From an uncultured Actinomycetes bacterium (GTDB lineage: Bacteria; Actinomycetota; UBA4738; HRBIN12): a DNA stretch of 64,000 nucleotides. Below the pieces are notes generated by a model. It ran no database searches, was not told where the DNA came from, and saw only the letters and a list, made by a program, of their open reading frames with translations. Below, one piece after another: positions 9,462-18,463 of the stretch. Numbering within the stretch: the first letter of the stretch is position 1; each line of letters starts with the position of its first letter. The translations under genes were made by a program, and so were the position numbers. The stretch lies in assembly GCA_963775735.1 (NCBI GenBank), contig CAVZKD010000007.1:1174675-1238674 (forward strand). Reading direction: 5' to 3'.

Positions 9462-10697
9462 CTACCCGAGACGGGCCGCCCGCAGCGACAGGTATCGCTG
9501 CTCGGGGACGCTCGCGGTCAGCCTCGCCGCCTGCAGGTAGCACTCGCGTGCTCCCGCCCGGTCCCCCGTGAGCTCAAGCAGGTGCCCCCGCACGACGTGG
9601 AGGCGGTGCGTGTGAGCCATCCGCTCATCGGCGTCGAGGGTGCCGAGCAGGGCCAGGCCCGCCCGCGGCCCGTCGACCATGGCCACCGCGACGGCCCGGT
9701 TGAGCGTGACCACCGGGCCTGGAGCCACCTGTTCGAGCACTTCGTACAGCGCGAGGATCTGCGGCCAGTCCGTCTCGTCGGCGCTCGACGCCTCGTCGTG
9801 GATCGCGGCGATCGCCGCCTGCAACTGGTACGGGCCCACCAGGCCCGTACCGAGGGTCTGGGTGATGAGCCCCACTCCCTCCGAGATCAGGTCTCGGTCC
9901 CAGCGATCGCGTGGCTGCTCCGCGAGCGGGACCGGCATGCCGTCCTCGTCCGTCCTGGCCGCCCGCCGTGCGTCGGTCAGCAGCATGAGCGCGAGCAGAC
10001 CGGCGACCTCACCCTCGGCCGGGAGGAGCCGGTGCAGCATGCGCGTCAGGCGGACCGACTCGGCGGTCAGGTCGCGACGCTGCAGCGACGGGCCGGAGCT
10101 CGCCGTGTACCCCTCGTTGAAGATCAGGTAGAGCACCTGGAGCACGACGCGAAGCCGATCGGCGAACTCGGGCCCCTCCGGGAGCTCGAACCGGCTGCCC
10201 GCGTCCCTGATCGACCGTTTCGCTCGGCTGATCCGTTGCGCCATCGTGGCCTCGGGGACGAGGAACGCGTTCGCGATCTCGGACGTCGTCAACCCACCCA
10301 CCGCTCGAAGCGTGAGGGCGAGCTGCGACGGCGCCGACAGGGATGGATGGCAACACAGGAACAGGAGCGCGAGCGTGTCGTCCCGGTCGGATGGCTCGGA
10401 CGGGTGGCCTCGAACATCGAGCACGGCCTCGCGCTCCTCGCGGCGGCGCCGTGCGCTCTCGCTCCTCCACGCGTCCACCAACCGGCGGTCGGCGACCGCG
10501 ATGAGCCACGCGGCGGGCTCCTCCGGCACGCCTCGATCCGGCCACTGCCTGGCCGCGGCGAGCAGGGCCTCCTGCACCGCGTCCTCGGACGCGTCGAACT
10601 GTCCGTGCCGGCGAACGAGCGTGCCGAGGACCTGCGGCGCGAGCTCGCGCAGCAGGTCCTCGATGCGGTGCGCCTCAGTGTCGGCGCGACCGGTCAC
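9462..10697 (-). CDS. ECF sigma factor with long C-terminal TPR-like extension (ECF42-type, DUF6596 signature)
   Basis: 411 aa. Sigma region 2 is 'EDAVQEALLAAARQWP' and region 4 is 'LTTSEIANAFLVPEATMAQRISRAKRSI'. The hallmark 'LYLIFNEGYTASSG' is followed by a ~200-aa helical repeat tail. It lies directly downstream of YCII/DGPF and VOC genes. Confidence 0.85.
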   Translation of the reverse strand: MTGRADTEAHRIEDLLRELAPQVLGTLVRRHGQFDASEDAVQEALLAAARQWPDRGVPEEPAAWLIAVADRRLVDAWRSESARRRREEREAVLDVRGHPSEPSDRDDTLALLFLCCHPSLSAPSQLALTLRAVGGLTTSEIANAFLVPEATMAQRISRAKRSIRDAGSRFELPEGPEFADRLRVVLQVLYLIFNEGYTASSGPSLQRRDLTAESVRLTRMLHRLLPAEGEVAGLLALMLLTDARRAARTDEDGMPVPLAEQPRDRWDRDLISEGVGLITQTLGTGLVGPYQLQAAIAAIHDEASSADETDWPQILALYEVLEQVAPGPVVTLNRAVAVAMVDGPRAGLALLGTLDADERMAHTHRLHVVRGHLLELTGDRAGARECYLQAARLTASVPEQRYLSLRAARLG

Positions 10698-10706
10698 GCT
10701 GGGGGG

Positions 10707-11207
10707 TTAGGCAGCGTCGGCCGCCCGCTCGAGCGTCGCGATGTCGATCTTCTGCATCTGGAGCATGGCCTGCATCGCCCGCTGCGAACGTCCGGGATCC
10801 GGGTCGCCGAGCAGGTCCATCAGACGGTCGGGGATGATCTGCCAGGACAGGCCGAAGCGATCCTTCAGCCAGCCGCACTGGCTCTCCTCGCCGCCGTCGG
10901 AGGTCAGCGCGTTCCAGAAGTAGTCGACCTCCTCCTGCGAGTCGCAGTGGACGAAGAACGAGACGGCCTCGGTGAAGGAGAACTCGGGGCCGCCGTTCAG
11001 CGCGGTGAACTCCTGCCCGTCGAGTTCGAACGACACGACCATCGCGTTTCCGGGCTCGCCGGGTCCGGCCTCACCGTAGCGAGAGACGTCGGTGACCTTG
11101 GACTCGCCGCGGGGGGTCCCGGGCCGGGACTTGAACAGGTCCACGTACAGGTTCGCTGCTTCCTCCGCCTGCTTGTCGAACCAGAGGTACGGGGTGATCT
11201 TCTGCAT
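10707..11207 (-). CDS. VOC/glyoxalase-fold protein, PhnB / 3-demethylubiquinone-9 3-methyltransferase-domain type
   Basis: 166 codons from ATG 11207 (AGGGGAGG RBS) inside track ORF 10707..11414. It has 'ITPYLWFDKQAEEAANLY', 'FELDGQEFTALNGGP' and 'CGWLKDRFGLSWQI'. Confidence 0.8.
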   Translation of the reverse strand: MQKITPYLWFDKQAEEAANLYVDLFKSRPGTPRGESKVTDVSRYGEAGPGEPGNAMVVSFELDGQEFTALNGGPEFSFTEAVSFFVHCDSQEEVDYFWNALTSDGGEESQCGWLKDRFGLSWQIIPDRLMDLLGDPDPGRSQRAMQAMLQMQKIDIATLERAADAA

Positions 11208-11232
11208 GACATGCACCTCCCCTTTCGTTCCC

Positions 11233-11601
11233 TCAGCTCGTGTACTCCTCTGGCGGCGCATCGGCGACCTGGCGCACCTCGATCGGCTCCTCGATGAACG
11301 TGACGATCTTCGAGGCGATCTCGAGCGCTCGCTCCTCGGTGACGTCCACGATCCAGTAGCCAGCGAGCGACTCCTTGGCTTCGGCGAACGGACCGTCGGT
11401 GACGACCGGCGCACCGTGCTCGAAACGGACCGTCTTCGCTTGCGTGGGATCCGCGAGCCCGACGCTGTCGACCCGCTCTCCCGAGTCGGCGAGCTCCTGG
11501 TCCAGATCCGTCATGAACTGGATCATGCTCTTGATCCACTCCGTCGTCTTCGACTCGACCATCGTGGCCTGGTCCCCGAACATCGCGATCAGGTACTTCA
11601 T
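11233..11601 (-). CDS. YCII-related (DGPF domain) protein
   Basis: 122 codons from ATG 11601 (GGAGGAGGAGG RBS) inside track ORF 11233..11775. It begins 'MKYLIAMFGD' and carries the diagnostic 'VTDGPFAEAKESLAGYWIVDV'. Confidence 0.85.
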   Translation of the reverse strand: MKYLIAMFGDQATMVESKTTEWIKSMIQFMTDLDQELADSGERVDSVGLADPTQAKTVRFEHGAPVVTDGPFAEAKESLAGYWIVDVTEERALEIASKIVTFIEEPIEVRQVADAPPEEYTS

Positions 11602-11646
11602 CCCCCTCCTCCTCCTTCTCCCACCGTCGGTGGGGCTCAGGACTGG

Positions 11647-11673
11647 GTCGGAGCCGGCACCCCGTTCTCGACA
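11647..11673 (-). promoter_or_regulatory. Candidate ECF-type promoter (TGTCGA-N17-CGAC) upstream of the DGPF-VOC-sigma operon
   Basis: The minus strand reads 'gatccgaTGTCGAgaacggggtgccggctcCGACccagtc', ending 46 nt before ATG 11601. The -35 box matches my recollection of the TGTCGA-type box reported for ECF42 sigma factors. The -10 assignment is tentative. Confidence 0.3.
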
Positions 11674-11783
11674 TCGGATCGATCGATCCCTCTGGGGGCC
11701 GGGTACGCGTGCCCTCGAAGCGCTTCTACCCGGCCATCCCGCCAGGCACCCGTCCGATGCTAGGCGCTCTTGCACGCGACGAA

Positions 11784-11820
11784 GCGAAGCGGCCCGCCCC
11801 TTCGGAGCGGCCCGCTTCGC
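11784..11820 (-). terminator. Strong GC hairpin after the cupin gene (likely intrinsic terminator)
   Basis: 'gcgaagcggcccgc'-N9-'gcggcccgcttcgc' pairs at 13 of 14 positions, starts 20 nt past stop 11840, and is followed on the transcript by UUCGUCG. Confidence 0.45.
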
Positions 11821-11839
11821 CTCGTGAGGTTCCCCGCGG

Positions 11840-12211
11840 CTAGCTCGCTGCCTCTGCGTTCCTCGTGACGACCTCCATCGTCTCGTTGAGCCGGTCCGTC
11901 GGGCTGAACTCGATCAGCGAGGTCCCCGCGTAGATCGACGGCGTGTGCCCCGGCCCGACGACGTACGCGTCCCCGCCGACGAACTCCTCGTCGCCCTCGG
12001 CGGTGTGGAACACCAGCCGGCCCTCGAGGACGTACCCCCAGTGCTCGCACTGGCAGCGATCGTCCGGCAGCCCGGCGAACAGCGGCGTCAGGTCGGCGTC
12101 CGCCGTGTAGCTCTCCCACCCCACGGTCGTGCCGCCGAGCTCCGCGTAGTGCCCTTCGAACCCCTCGAGCTGGACGTGATCCGCGGCGCTCGATCTCGAT
12201 GCCTTGGCCAT
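11840..12211 (-). CDS. Cupin domain protein
   Basis: 123 codons from ATG 12211 (GGAAGGGAGAGGAG RBS) inside track ORF 11840..12856. It has 'CEHWGYVLEGRLVFHTAEGDEEFVGGDAYVVGPGHTP'. Confidence 0.65.
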   Translation of the reverse strand: MAKASRSSAADHVQLEGFEGHYAELGGTTVGWESYTADADLTPLFAGLPDDRCQCEHWGYVLEGRLVFHTAEGDEEFVGGDAYVVGPGHTPSIYAGTSLIEFSPTDRLNETMEVVTRNAEAAS

Positions 12212-12246
12212 CGGCTCCTCTCCCTTCCTCCTCGCATCCGGCCGGG

Positions 12247-12817
12247 TCACCGTGACCCGGCTCGCTCCTCGGCCATCCGAACCAGATTCCGGAAACCCCG
12301 CCGCACGTTCGAGCTCGCGACCTTCATCAGGAGCGGTCGTAGGCCTCGGACGTTGAACATCCCGAGCATGCCGGGCAGCTCGCTGATGCGGACCGTCCGC
12401 GCCGTGTACGAGACCCGACAGCCCTGCGCCCTCCGAGGCGATCTCATACCGGTGGACGAGGGTCCAGTCCACGACCGCGCCCTTCTTCGTGGACAGCCGA
12501 GCCTCGGTGACGAACTCGAAGCGGCTCGGGCGCTCGGCCTCGGTGACGACCGACGAGTCGGCGAACCGACCCATCGCATCCGCTCCCGAGCTCGAGAATT
12601 CGGTCCCCACCGACGCCGGCCCTTCGGGGGCCTCGATCGAGAGGAGCCGGTAGGTCTTCTTCGACTGCCTCCGGCCGCCCCACTCGAGGTGGCTCCGGAC
12701 GTCGGCGAGCAGGTCGTACACGATCTCGGCCGGAGCCACCGAGGTCGTCTCCACCTGAACGATGAGCTCGCCCTGGAGCGCGTTCGCGCTGCCGGTTCCC
12801 TTCCGCTGCACCTCCAT
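12247..12817 (-). CDS. SRPBCC (START/polyketide cyclase-like) family protein, one frame break as assembled
   Basis: The N-terminal part lies in track ORF 11840..12856 from 'MEVQRKG...' (12817), with 'IVYDLLADVRSHLEWGG' and 'RFEFVTEARLSTKKG'. The C-terminal part lies only in ORF 12247..12579 ('CRVSYTARTVRISELPGMLGMFNVRGLRPLLMKV...'). The frame switch near ~12420 is inferred from the ORF track. Confidence 0.6.
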
Positions 12818-12888
12818 GACGTTCCTCCTTCTGCCGTGGGCGGAACGAGGGTGCACCGGATCGGCGCGGGAAGGATCGGGAGGTTTCC

Positions 12889-14536
12889 CTATCTCGGCGC
12901 CGGAAACTCCTCGGGGTGCCGGATGGCGATCGCCGCCGCCTCGGTCCGGCTCCGCACGTGCAACTTGGTCAGGATGCTGCTCACGTGGTGGCCCGCGGTC
13001 TTCGTGCTGATGAACAGACGTGCCGCGATCTCCGCGTTCGAAAGCCCCTCGCCGACCAGCGCCAGCACCTCGCGCTCGCGCTGGGAGAGCAAGCCGAGCG
13101 CCTTCGGCCCGGTCCGAGCCGGCCCCCCGAGATCGCGGACCAGGCCCGCGGCCCGATCCGCGGATGCACTCGCGCCCGCCTGGTCGAACACCGTGAATGC
13201 GGTCCGCGCCTCATCGAGCGCCACCTCGGGTTGCTCGACGCGGAGGCTCTCGGCCAGCTCGAGGCGGGTTCGCGCGGCCTCGAGCGGCATCTCCAGCTTC
13301 CCGAACCGGTCGATCGCCCACTCGAAGTCGGGGGTCGCCGGACGGCCTCGGGCCGCGGAGACCCGACCGTTCGACTGCCGTGCGAACGCCATGAGCATCG
13401 GATGCCCCGAGTCCTCCGCGGCCTCGGCGAGCTCGCCCGACGAGGCGTCCGCCGCCTCGAGGTCGCCGGCGGCGATCTGGACCTGCACGAGCCGCGCGAG
13501 GAGGGGGGCGCCCAGCAACCCGTCCCGACCGACCTGGTTCAACCGCCGGATCAGCCGGGCGGCCGCCAGCGCATGCTCCCCTGTCGCAAGGTCGAGCTCG
13601 GCGGCCGGAAGCACGCGCCTCCGGCAGTCCCGAACGCCCCTCGAGCAGCGCCCGAGCCTCCTCGAGCCGGCCCTGGGAGAGGCGCACCTCGGCGAGCTTG
13701 ACCGCCGGGTCGACGCATCTCGACCGGTGATTCCCCGCGCGGAGATCCGCGACCGAGCCCAGGAGCTCGAGCTCCGCCTCTTGCCGGCGGCCGGTCGCCG
13801 CGAGCATCTCCGCGTTGCACGTGCGGCAGAACGCGAGCAGGGGGAGGTCCTCCCGCCGCTCGATGAACGTCTGCACGATCCGGGCCCATTGTTCGAGGCG
13901 TCCCGCATCGCCCGCGAGCTCACACGCCGCGACGAGACTGCAGCACGCGCCGGCGACGGTCTCGAGCATGTCGGCCTCGCCGCCGGTCGCGGCCGCCATC
14001 GCCTCGTCGAGACGGTCCAGACCCTCCCCGACGCGGCCGAGTTGGATCTCGGCCAGGCCGAGCTCGGCGAGCGCCGCCACCTCGAGGTCCGCGTCCCCCG
14101 CGTCCCTCGACAGTTCGAGCGCAACGAGCGCGCGACGCTCGCGGTCGTCTGGATCATCGGACCGGCTCGCACGAGCGACCTCGAGGTAGCCGCGCTCGGG
14201 GCCGGTCCCACTGAGCAGGCGCTCGGCCCGCGCGAGCCACCCATTGGCAACGGCCTCGTTCCCATTGATCGAGAGGTGCTCGCGGGCGAGCCAGACCGCA
14301 ACGACCCCCGCACGGACCGCGTCGATCTCCTTGAACAGGACGAACGCGCGCTCGCGATGCTCGATCGCGCCGTCCGGCTCTCCGAGCCACCACAGCGCGC
14401 GCCCGAGCCCGTCGTGCGCCTCCGCGCTCTGATCTTCAGCCAGCGCGGACTCGAACGCGGCGCGCGCGGACTCCCACTCTCCGGAGCCAAGCGCCTCCGT
14501 TCCCGTCACGAGGGCATCTGCGATGTCCGCAGCCAT
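12889..14536 (-). CDS. LuxR-family transcriptional regulator with N-terminal TPR-like helical repeats, one frame break as assembled
   Basis: The C-terminal HTH is 'LSQREREVLALVGEGLSNAEIAARLFISTKTAGHHVSSILTKLHVRSRTEAA' (ORF 12889..14490 frame). The N-terminal ~320 aa lie in the ORF 13211..14596 frame from 'MAADIADALV' (14536). The switch is near ~13620. No Walker A was seen. Confidence 0.8.
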
Positions 14537-14588
14537 GCCCGGATGATGACAGCCTGTCGATCGATCCGGGGGCGAGCGGTCCGGTTCC

Positions 14589-15452
14589 CTACTCACCCAT
14601 CGGGTGCCAAACGGTCTTGAACTCCATGAGGGCGGTGATCTCGAACGGGCTCTGGGCCTCGTCCGAGAACGGGTCCGCCTGGGGCGCCCGATGCACCCGC
14701 TTCACGTTCTCGGCCGAGAGCTCCTCGGCCTGCGGGAGGAGGTCCTCCGACACACCGGTCACGTCGATCGCGTTCACGTCCATGTGCCCCGCGAGCCACG
14801 GCACGAGCTCGGTCGTCGGGCCGGTGAGGATGTTCACGACGCCGCCGGGGACGTCGGACGTGCTCAACACCTCGCCGAGCGTGACCGCCGGCAACGGGCT
14901 TCGCTCGCTCGCGAGCACGACCGTCGAGTTCCCGCTCACGACCGCGGGAGCGAGGCGCGACACGAGCCCGAGCAGCGACTGCTCCGCCGGGGCGACGATG
15001 CCGACCACGCCGGTCGGCTCGGGGATCGTGAAGTTGAAGTAGGGACCGGCGACCGGGTTCGTCCCGCCGAGCACCTGGCCGATCTTGTCGGCCCACCCCG
15101 CGTACCAGACCCACCGGTCGATCGCGGCGCTCGCGCCGCGGGCGGGGTCCTCGGCGCCCGCATCCGCCAGCTCGGATTCGAATTGTCCGCGTCGCCCCTC
15201 CATCAGCTCGGCGACGCGATACAGGATCTGGCCGCGGTTGTACGCGGTCTTGCCCGCCCACTCGGGCTGGGCAGCTCGCGCAGCCCGTACGGCCTCGCGC
15301 AGGTCCTTGCGAGAGGCTCGCGCCGCTCGGGCGAGCAGCCGGCCGTCGTGCGAGAACACCTCGTAGGAGCGGCCGGACTCACTGCGTGGGAACTCGCCGC
15401 CGATGTAGAGCTTGGCCGTCCGCCGGACCGGCACGCGCGTCTGCGAGGTCAC
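14589..15452 (-). CDS. Aldehyde dehydrogenase-like protein lacking the catalytic core (287 aa)
   Basis: GTG 15452 overlaps the upstream ALDH stop (GTGA). ALDH-like blocks are present: 'KLYIGGEF', 'GIVAPAEQSLLGLVSRLAPAVVSGNSTVVLASE', 'VPGGVVNILTG', 'NAIDVTG', then directly 'EFKTVWHP'. There is no ELGGK block and no catalytic Cys block. Confidence 0.7.
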   Translation of the reverse strand: MTSQTRVPVRRTAKLYIGGEFPRSESGRSYEVFSHDGRLLARAARASRKDLREAVRAARAAQPEWAGKTAYNRGQILYRVAELMEGRRGQFESELADAGAEDPARGASAAIDRWVWYAGWADKIGQVLGGTNPVAGPYFNFTIPEPTGVVGIVAPAEQSLLGLVSRLAPAVVSGNSTVVLASERSPLPAVTLGEVLSTSDVPGGVVNILTGPTTELVPWLAGHMDVNAIDVTGVSEDLLPQAEELSAENVKRVHRAPQADPFSDEAQSPFEITALMEFKTVWHPMGE

Positions 15453-16950
15453 GATGCGGGCTCCAGCTCGAGGTACGGCTCGAGCCCGTGCAGGCCACCC
15501 TCGCGGCCGAACCCGGACTCCTTGTAGCCGCCGAACGGGGATGCGGGATCGAACCGGTTGAACGTGTTCGCCCATACGACCCCCGCCTTCAACCGCTCCG
15601 CCATCCACAGGATCCGCGACCCCTTCTCGGTCCAGACGCCTGCCGAGAGCCCGTAGGGCGTGTTGTTCGCCTTCTCGACGGCCTCCGCCGCGTTCGGAAC
15701 GTCAGGATCGAGAGCACGGGCCCGAAGATCTCCTCGCGCGCGATCCGATGCGACTGCGCGACGTTCGTGAACAGCGTGGGCCGGAACCAGAAGCCACGTT
15801 CGGGAAGCGCGCACTCGGGCTGGTAGATCTCGGCGCCCTCCTCGACGCCGGAGGCGACGAGCTCCTCGATCCTGGTCAGCTGGGCGCGCGAGTTGATCGC
15901 CCCGATGTCGGTGTTCTTGTCGAGCGGGTCGCCGACCCGCAGCGTCTGCAGCCGGTCCTTGAGCTTGTCGAGCAGCGGCTCGAAGACCGGCTCCTGCACG
16001 AGGAGGCGCGACCCCGCGCAGCAGACGTGCCCCTGGTTGAAGAAGATGCCGTTCACGACGCCCTCGATGGCCTGGTCGAGCGGCGCGTCCTCGAACACGA
16101 TGTTCGCCGCCTTGCCGCCGAGCTCGAGGGTCAGACGTTTGCCCGTCCCCGCGGTCGAACGCCGGATCATCTTGCCGACCTCGGTCGAGCCCGTGAACGC
16201 GATCTTGTCGACGTCCTGGTGCTCGACGAGCGCCGATCCCGTCGGCCCCGCCCCCGTGACGACGTTCACCACGCCGGGCGGCAGCTCGGCCTCCTGGATC
16301 ACCTGCGCGAGCAGCAGCGCCGTGAGCGGGGTCGTCTCGGCCGGCTTCAGCACGACCGTGTTTCCTGTCGCGAGCGCCGGCGCGAGCTTCCAGGCCGCCA
16401 TCAGCAGCGGGAAGTTCCAAGGGATCACCTGCCCGGCCACGCCAACCGGGCGCGGATCGCGGTTCGGGAACGCGTACTCGAGCTTGTCGGCCCAGCCGGC
16501 GTAGTAGAAGAAGTGCGCGGCCGCGAGCGGGATGTCGATGTCGCGGGACTCCTTGATCGGCTTCCCGCCGTTCATCGTCTCGAGCACCGCGAACTCCCGA
16601 GCCCGCTCGAGCAGTTGCCGGGCGATCCGGTAGAGGTACTTCGCGCGCTCCGAGCCGGGAAGGTCGCGCCACGTGGTCTCCGAGGCGCTCCGAGCGGCCG
16701 TGACGGCCAGATCCACGTCCTCCGGGCCCGCCTCGGCGACCTCGGCGAGCACCTCCTCGGTGGCCGGGTTGATCGTCTCGAACCACGCGCCGGACTTCGG
16801 GTCGATGAACTCGCCCCCGACGAACAGGCCGTACCGGTCCTCAAGCTTGACGATCTCGGTCGATTCGGGCGCGTCCGCGTACTGCCACACGGGCTCGCGT
16901 TGCTCGAGCGCGGAGGTGGCCTTCTTCTCACGCTTCGCGGGCTTCGCCAT
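15449..16950 (-). CDS. NAD(P)-dependent aldehyde dehydrogenase, one frame break near the 3' end as assembled
   Basis: ORF 15589..16950 carries 'VIPWNFPLLMAAWKLAPALATGNTVVLKPAE', 'LTLELGGKAANIVF' and 'FFNQGHVCCAGSRLLV', and is readable up to 'EEIFGPVLSILTF'. The tail 'AEAVEKANNTPYGLSAGVWT...GGYKESGFGREGG' is in the ORF 15449..16786 frame. The switch is near ~15690. Confidence 0.9.
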
Positions 16951-16951
16951 G

Positions 16952-17917
16952 TCAGTCGATCGTGAAGTAGTCCGGGCCCTGGTAGCGGCCGGTGCGTTCC
17001 TTGTCGATCTGCATCAACACGTCGTTCAGCAAGGTCGAGGCGCCGATCCGGAACCGATCCGGCGTCATCCACTCGGGCCCGAGCGTCTCGTACACGAGGG
17101 TCAGGTACTGGATCGCCTGCTTTGACGCCCGAACGCCACCCGCGACCTTCACGCCGACCGGGATCCCGGTCTCGTGGAGGAAGTCGCGGGCGGACTCCAG
17201 CATGCAGAGCGCGCTCGGGAGGGTCGCGTTCACGCCGATCTTGCCGGTGGAGGTCTTGATGAAGTCGGCGCCGGCGGCCATCGCGAGCACGGACGCCTGG
17301 CGGATCCGGTCGTAGGAGCCGAGCTCGCCCGTCTCCAGGATCACCTTGAGGTGCGCCTGCCCCGCCGCGTCACGAGCGGCGACGAGCTCCTCGAAGCACT
17401 GCGCGTATCGACCGCCGAGGAACAGCGAGCGATTCAGGACGATGTCGACCTCGTGCGCGCCGAGGTCGACGACCTCGCGGATCTCGGCGAGGCGCGCGCC
17501 GAGCGGCCCGAGTCCAGCGGGGAACGCGCCGGCCACGCTCGCCACCTTCACCGACGTCCCCCGCAGGTGCTCGAGGGCGACCGGCACGAGGTGCGGATAC
17601 AGGCATACCGCTGCGACCGACGGGATCGACGCGTCCAGCGGGTTCGGCCGGACCGCCTTCGCACACATGGCGACGATCTTGCCCACCGTGTCGGCTCCCT
17701 CGAGCGTCGTCAGATCCATGCACCGGATCGCCAGGTCGAGCGCCCACAGCTTCGATTCCCGCTTGATCGAACGCCTCGCGAGCGACGCCGCCCGGTCCTC
17801 CAGCCCGACGGCGTCGACCGGGGTCACCCGGCCGACGAGTCGCTCGGCGTCCTTGGGCGCATAGAGCGCCAGGTGGGGACGGGTGGGCTCGATCTCGGCG
17901 GTCTGAGACATCTCCAA
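16952..17917 (-). CDS. deoC: Deoxyribose-phosphate aldolase (long form)
   Basis: 321 aa with 'VDIVLNRS', 'HLKVILETGEL' and 'ADFIKTSTGK' (Schiff-base Lys region). The stop lies 1 nt before the ALDH start. Confidence 0.9.
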   Translation of the reverse strand: MEMSQTAEIEPTRPHLALYAPKDAERLVGRVTPVDAVGLEDRAASLARRSIKRESKLWALDLAIRCMDLTTLEGADTVGKIVAMCAKAVRPNPLDASIPSVAAVCLYPHLVPVALEHLRGTSVKVASVAGAFPAGLGPLGARLAEIREVVDLGAHEVDIVLNRSLFLGGRYAQCFEELVAARDAAGQAHLKVILETGELGSYDRIRQASVLAMAAGADFIKTSTGKIGVNATLPSALCMLESARDFLHETGIPVGVKVAGGVRASKQAIQYLTLVYETLGPEWMTPDRFRIGASTLLNDVLMQIDKERTGRYQGPDYFTID

Positions 17918-17988
17918 CGTGCAATGGTACGGCGACCGGCGGAACGGCGGCTATGCTCCAGGGCAACCGTCTCCGATGGAGGAACCCG

Positions 17989-18444
17989 ATGCGTCGAGTC
18001 CTGGTCGTGCTCGCCACGCTCGCCTTGCTCGCGGCAGCATGCGGCGGTGACGACGGGGAGGAGGCAACCGGAGCCACGGATGCGACGGGGACGACGGCGG
18101 CAACGGGGCCCACCGAGCCCACCGGGGCGACGGCCACCGGACCGACCGCGGACGGCGACTGCGTCGACCTCACCGGCGAGGGGGAGGTCTTCACGATCAC
18201 GATCTCGAACTTCGCGTTCGTCCCCGACTGCTTCACGGCGAGCGCCTCGCAAGGCATCACGGTCGTGAACGAGGACGCCGCACCGCACACCTTCACGATG
18301 CTGGATACCGACGTCAACCTCCCGATCGCCGCCGGGGCGACCGCGAGCGGCGAACCGATCGCCGGGATCGTGGAGCCCGGCACCTACGACTTCATGTGCA
18401 CGATCCACCCGACGATGACCGGCGAGGTCACGGTCGTCGCGTAG
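17989..18444 (+). CDS. Cupredoxin (plastocyanin/azurin-like blue copper) lipoprotein, copy 1
   Basis: ATG 17989 has GGAGG 7 nt upstream. 'MRRVLVVLATLALLAAACGG' is a lipoprotein signal, followed by a Thr/Gly/Pro linker. Candidate type-1 Cu ligands are 'APHTF' and 'FMCTIHPTM' (C-x2-H-x2-M). Confidence 0.8.
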   Translation: MRRVLVVLATLALLAAACGGDDGEEATGATDATGTTAATGPTEPTGATATGPTADGDCVDLTGEGEVFTITISNFAFVPDCFTASASQGITVVNEDAAPHTFTMLDTDVNLPIAAGATASGEPIAGIVEPGTYDFMCTIHPTMTGEVTVVA

Positions 18445-18463
18445 CCCGATAGCGGGCATACGG

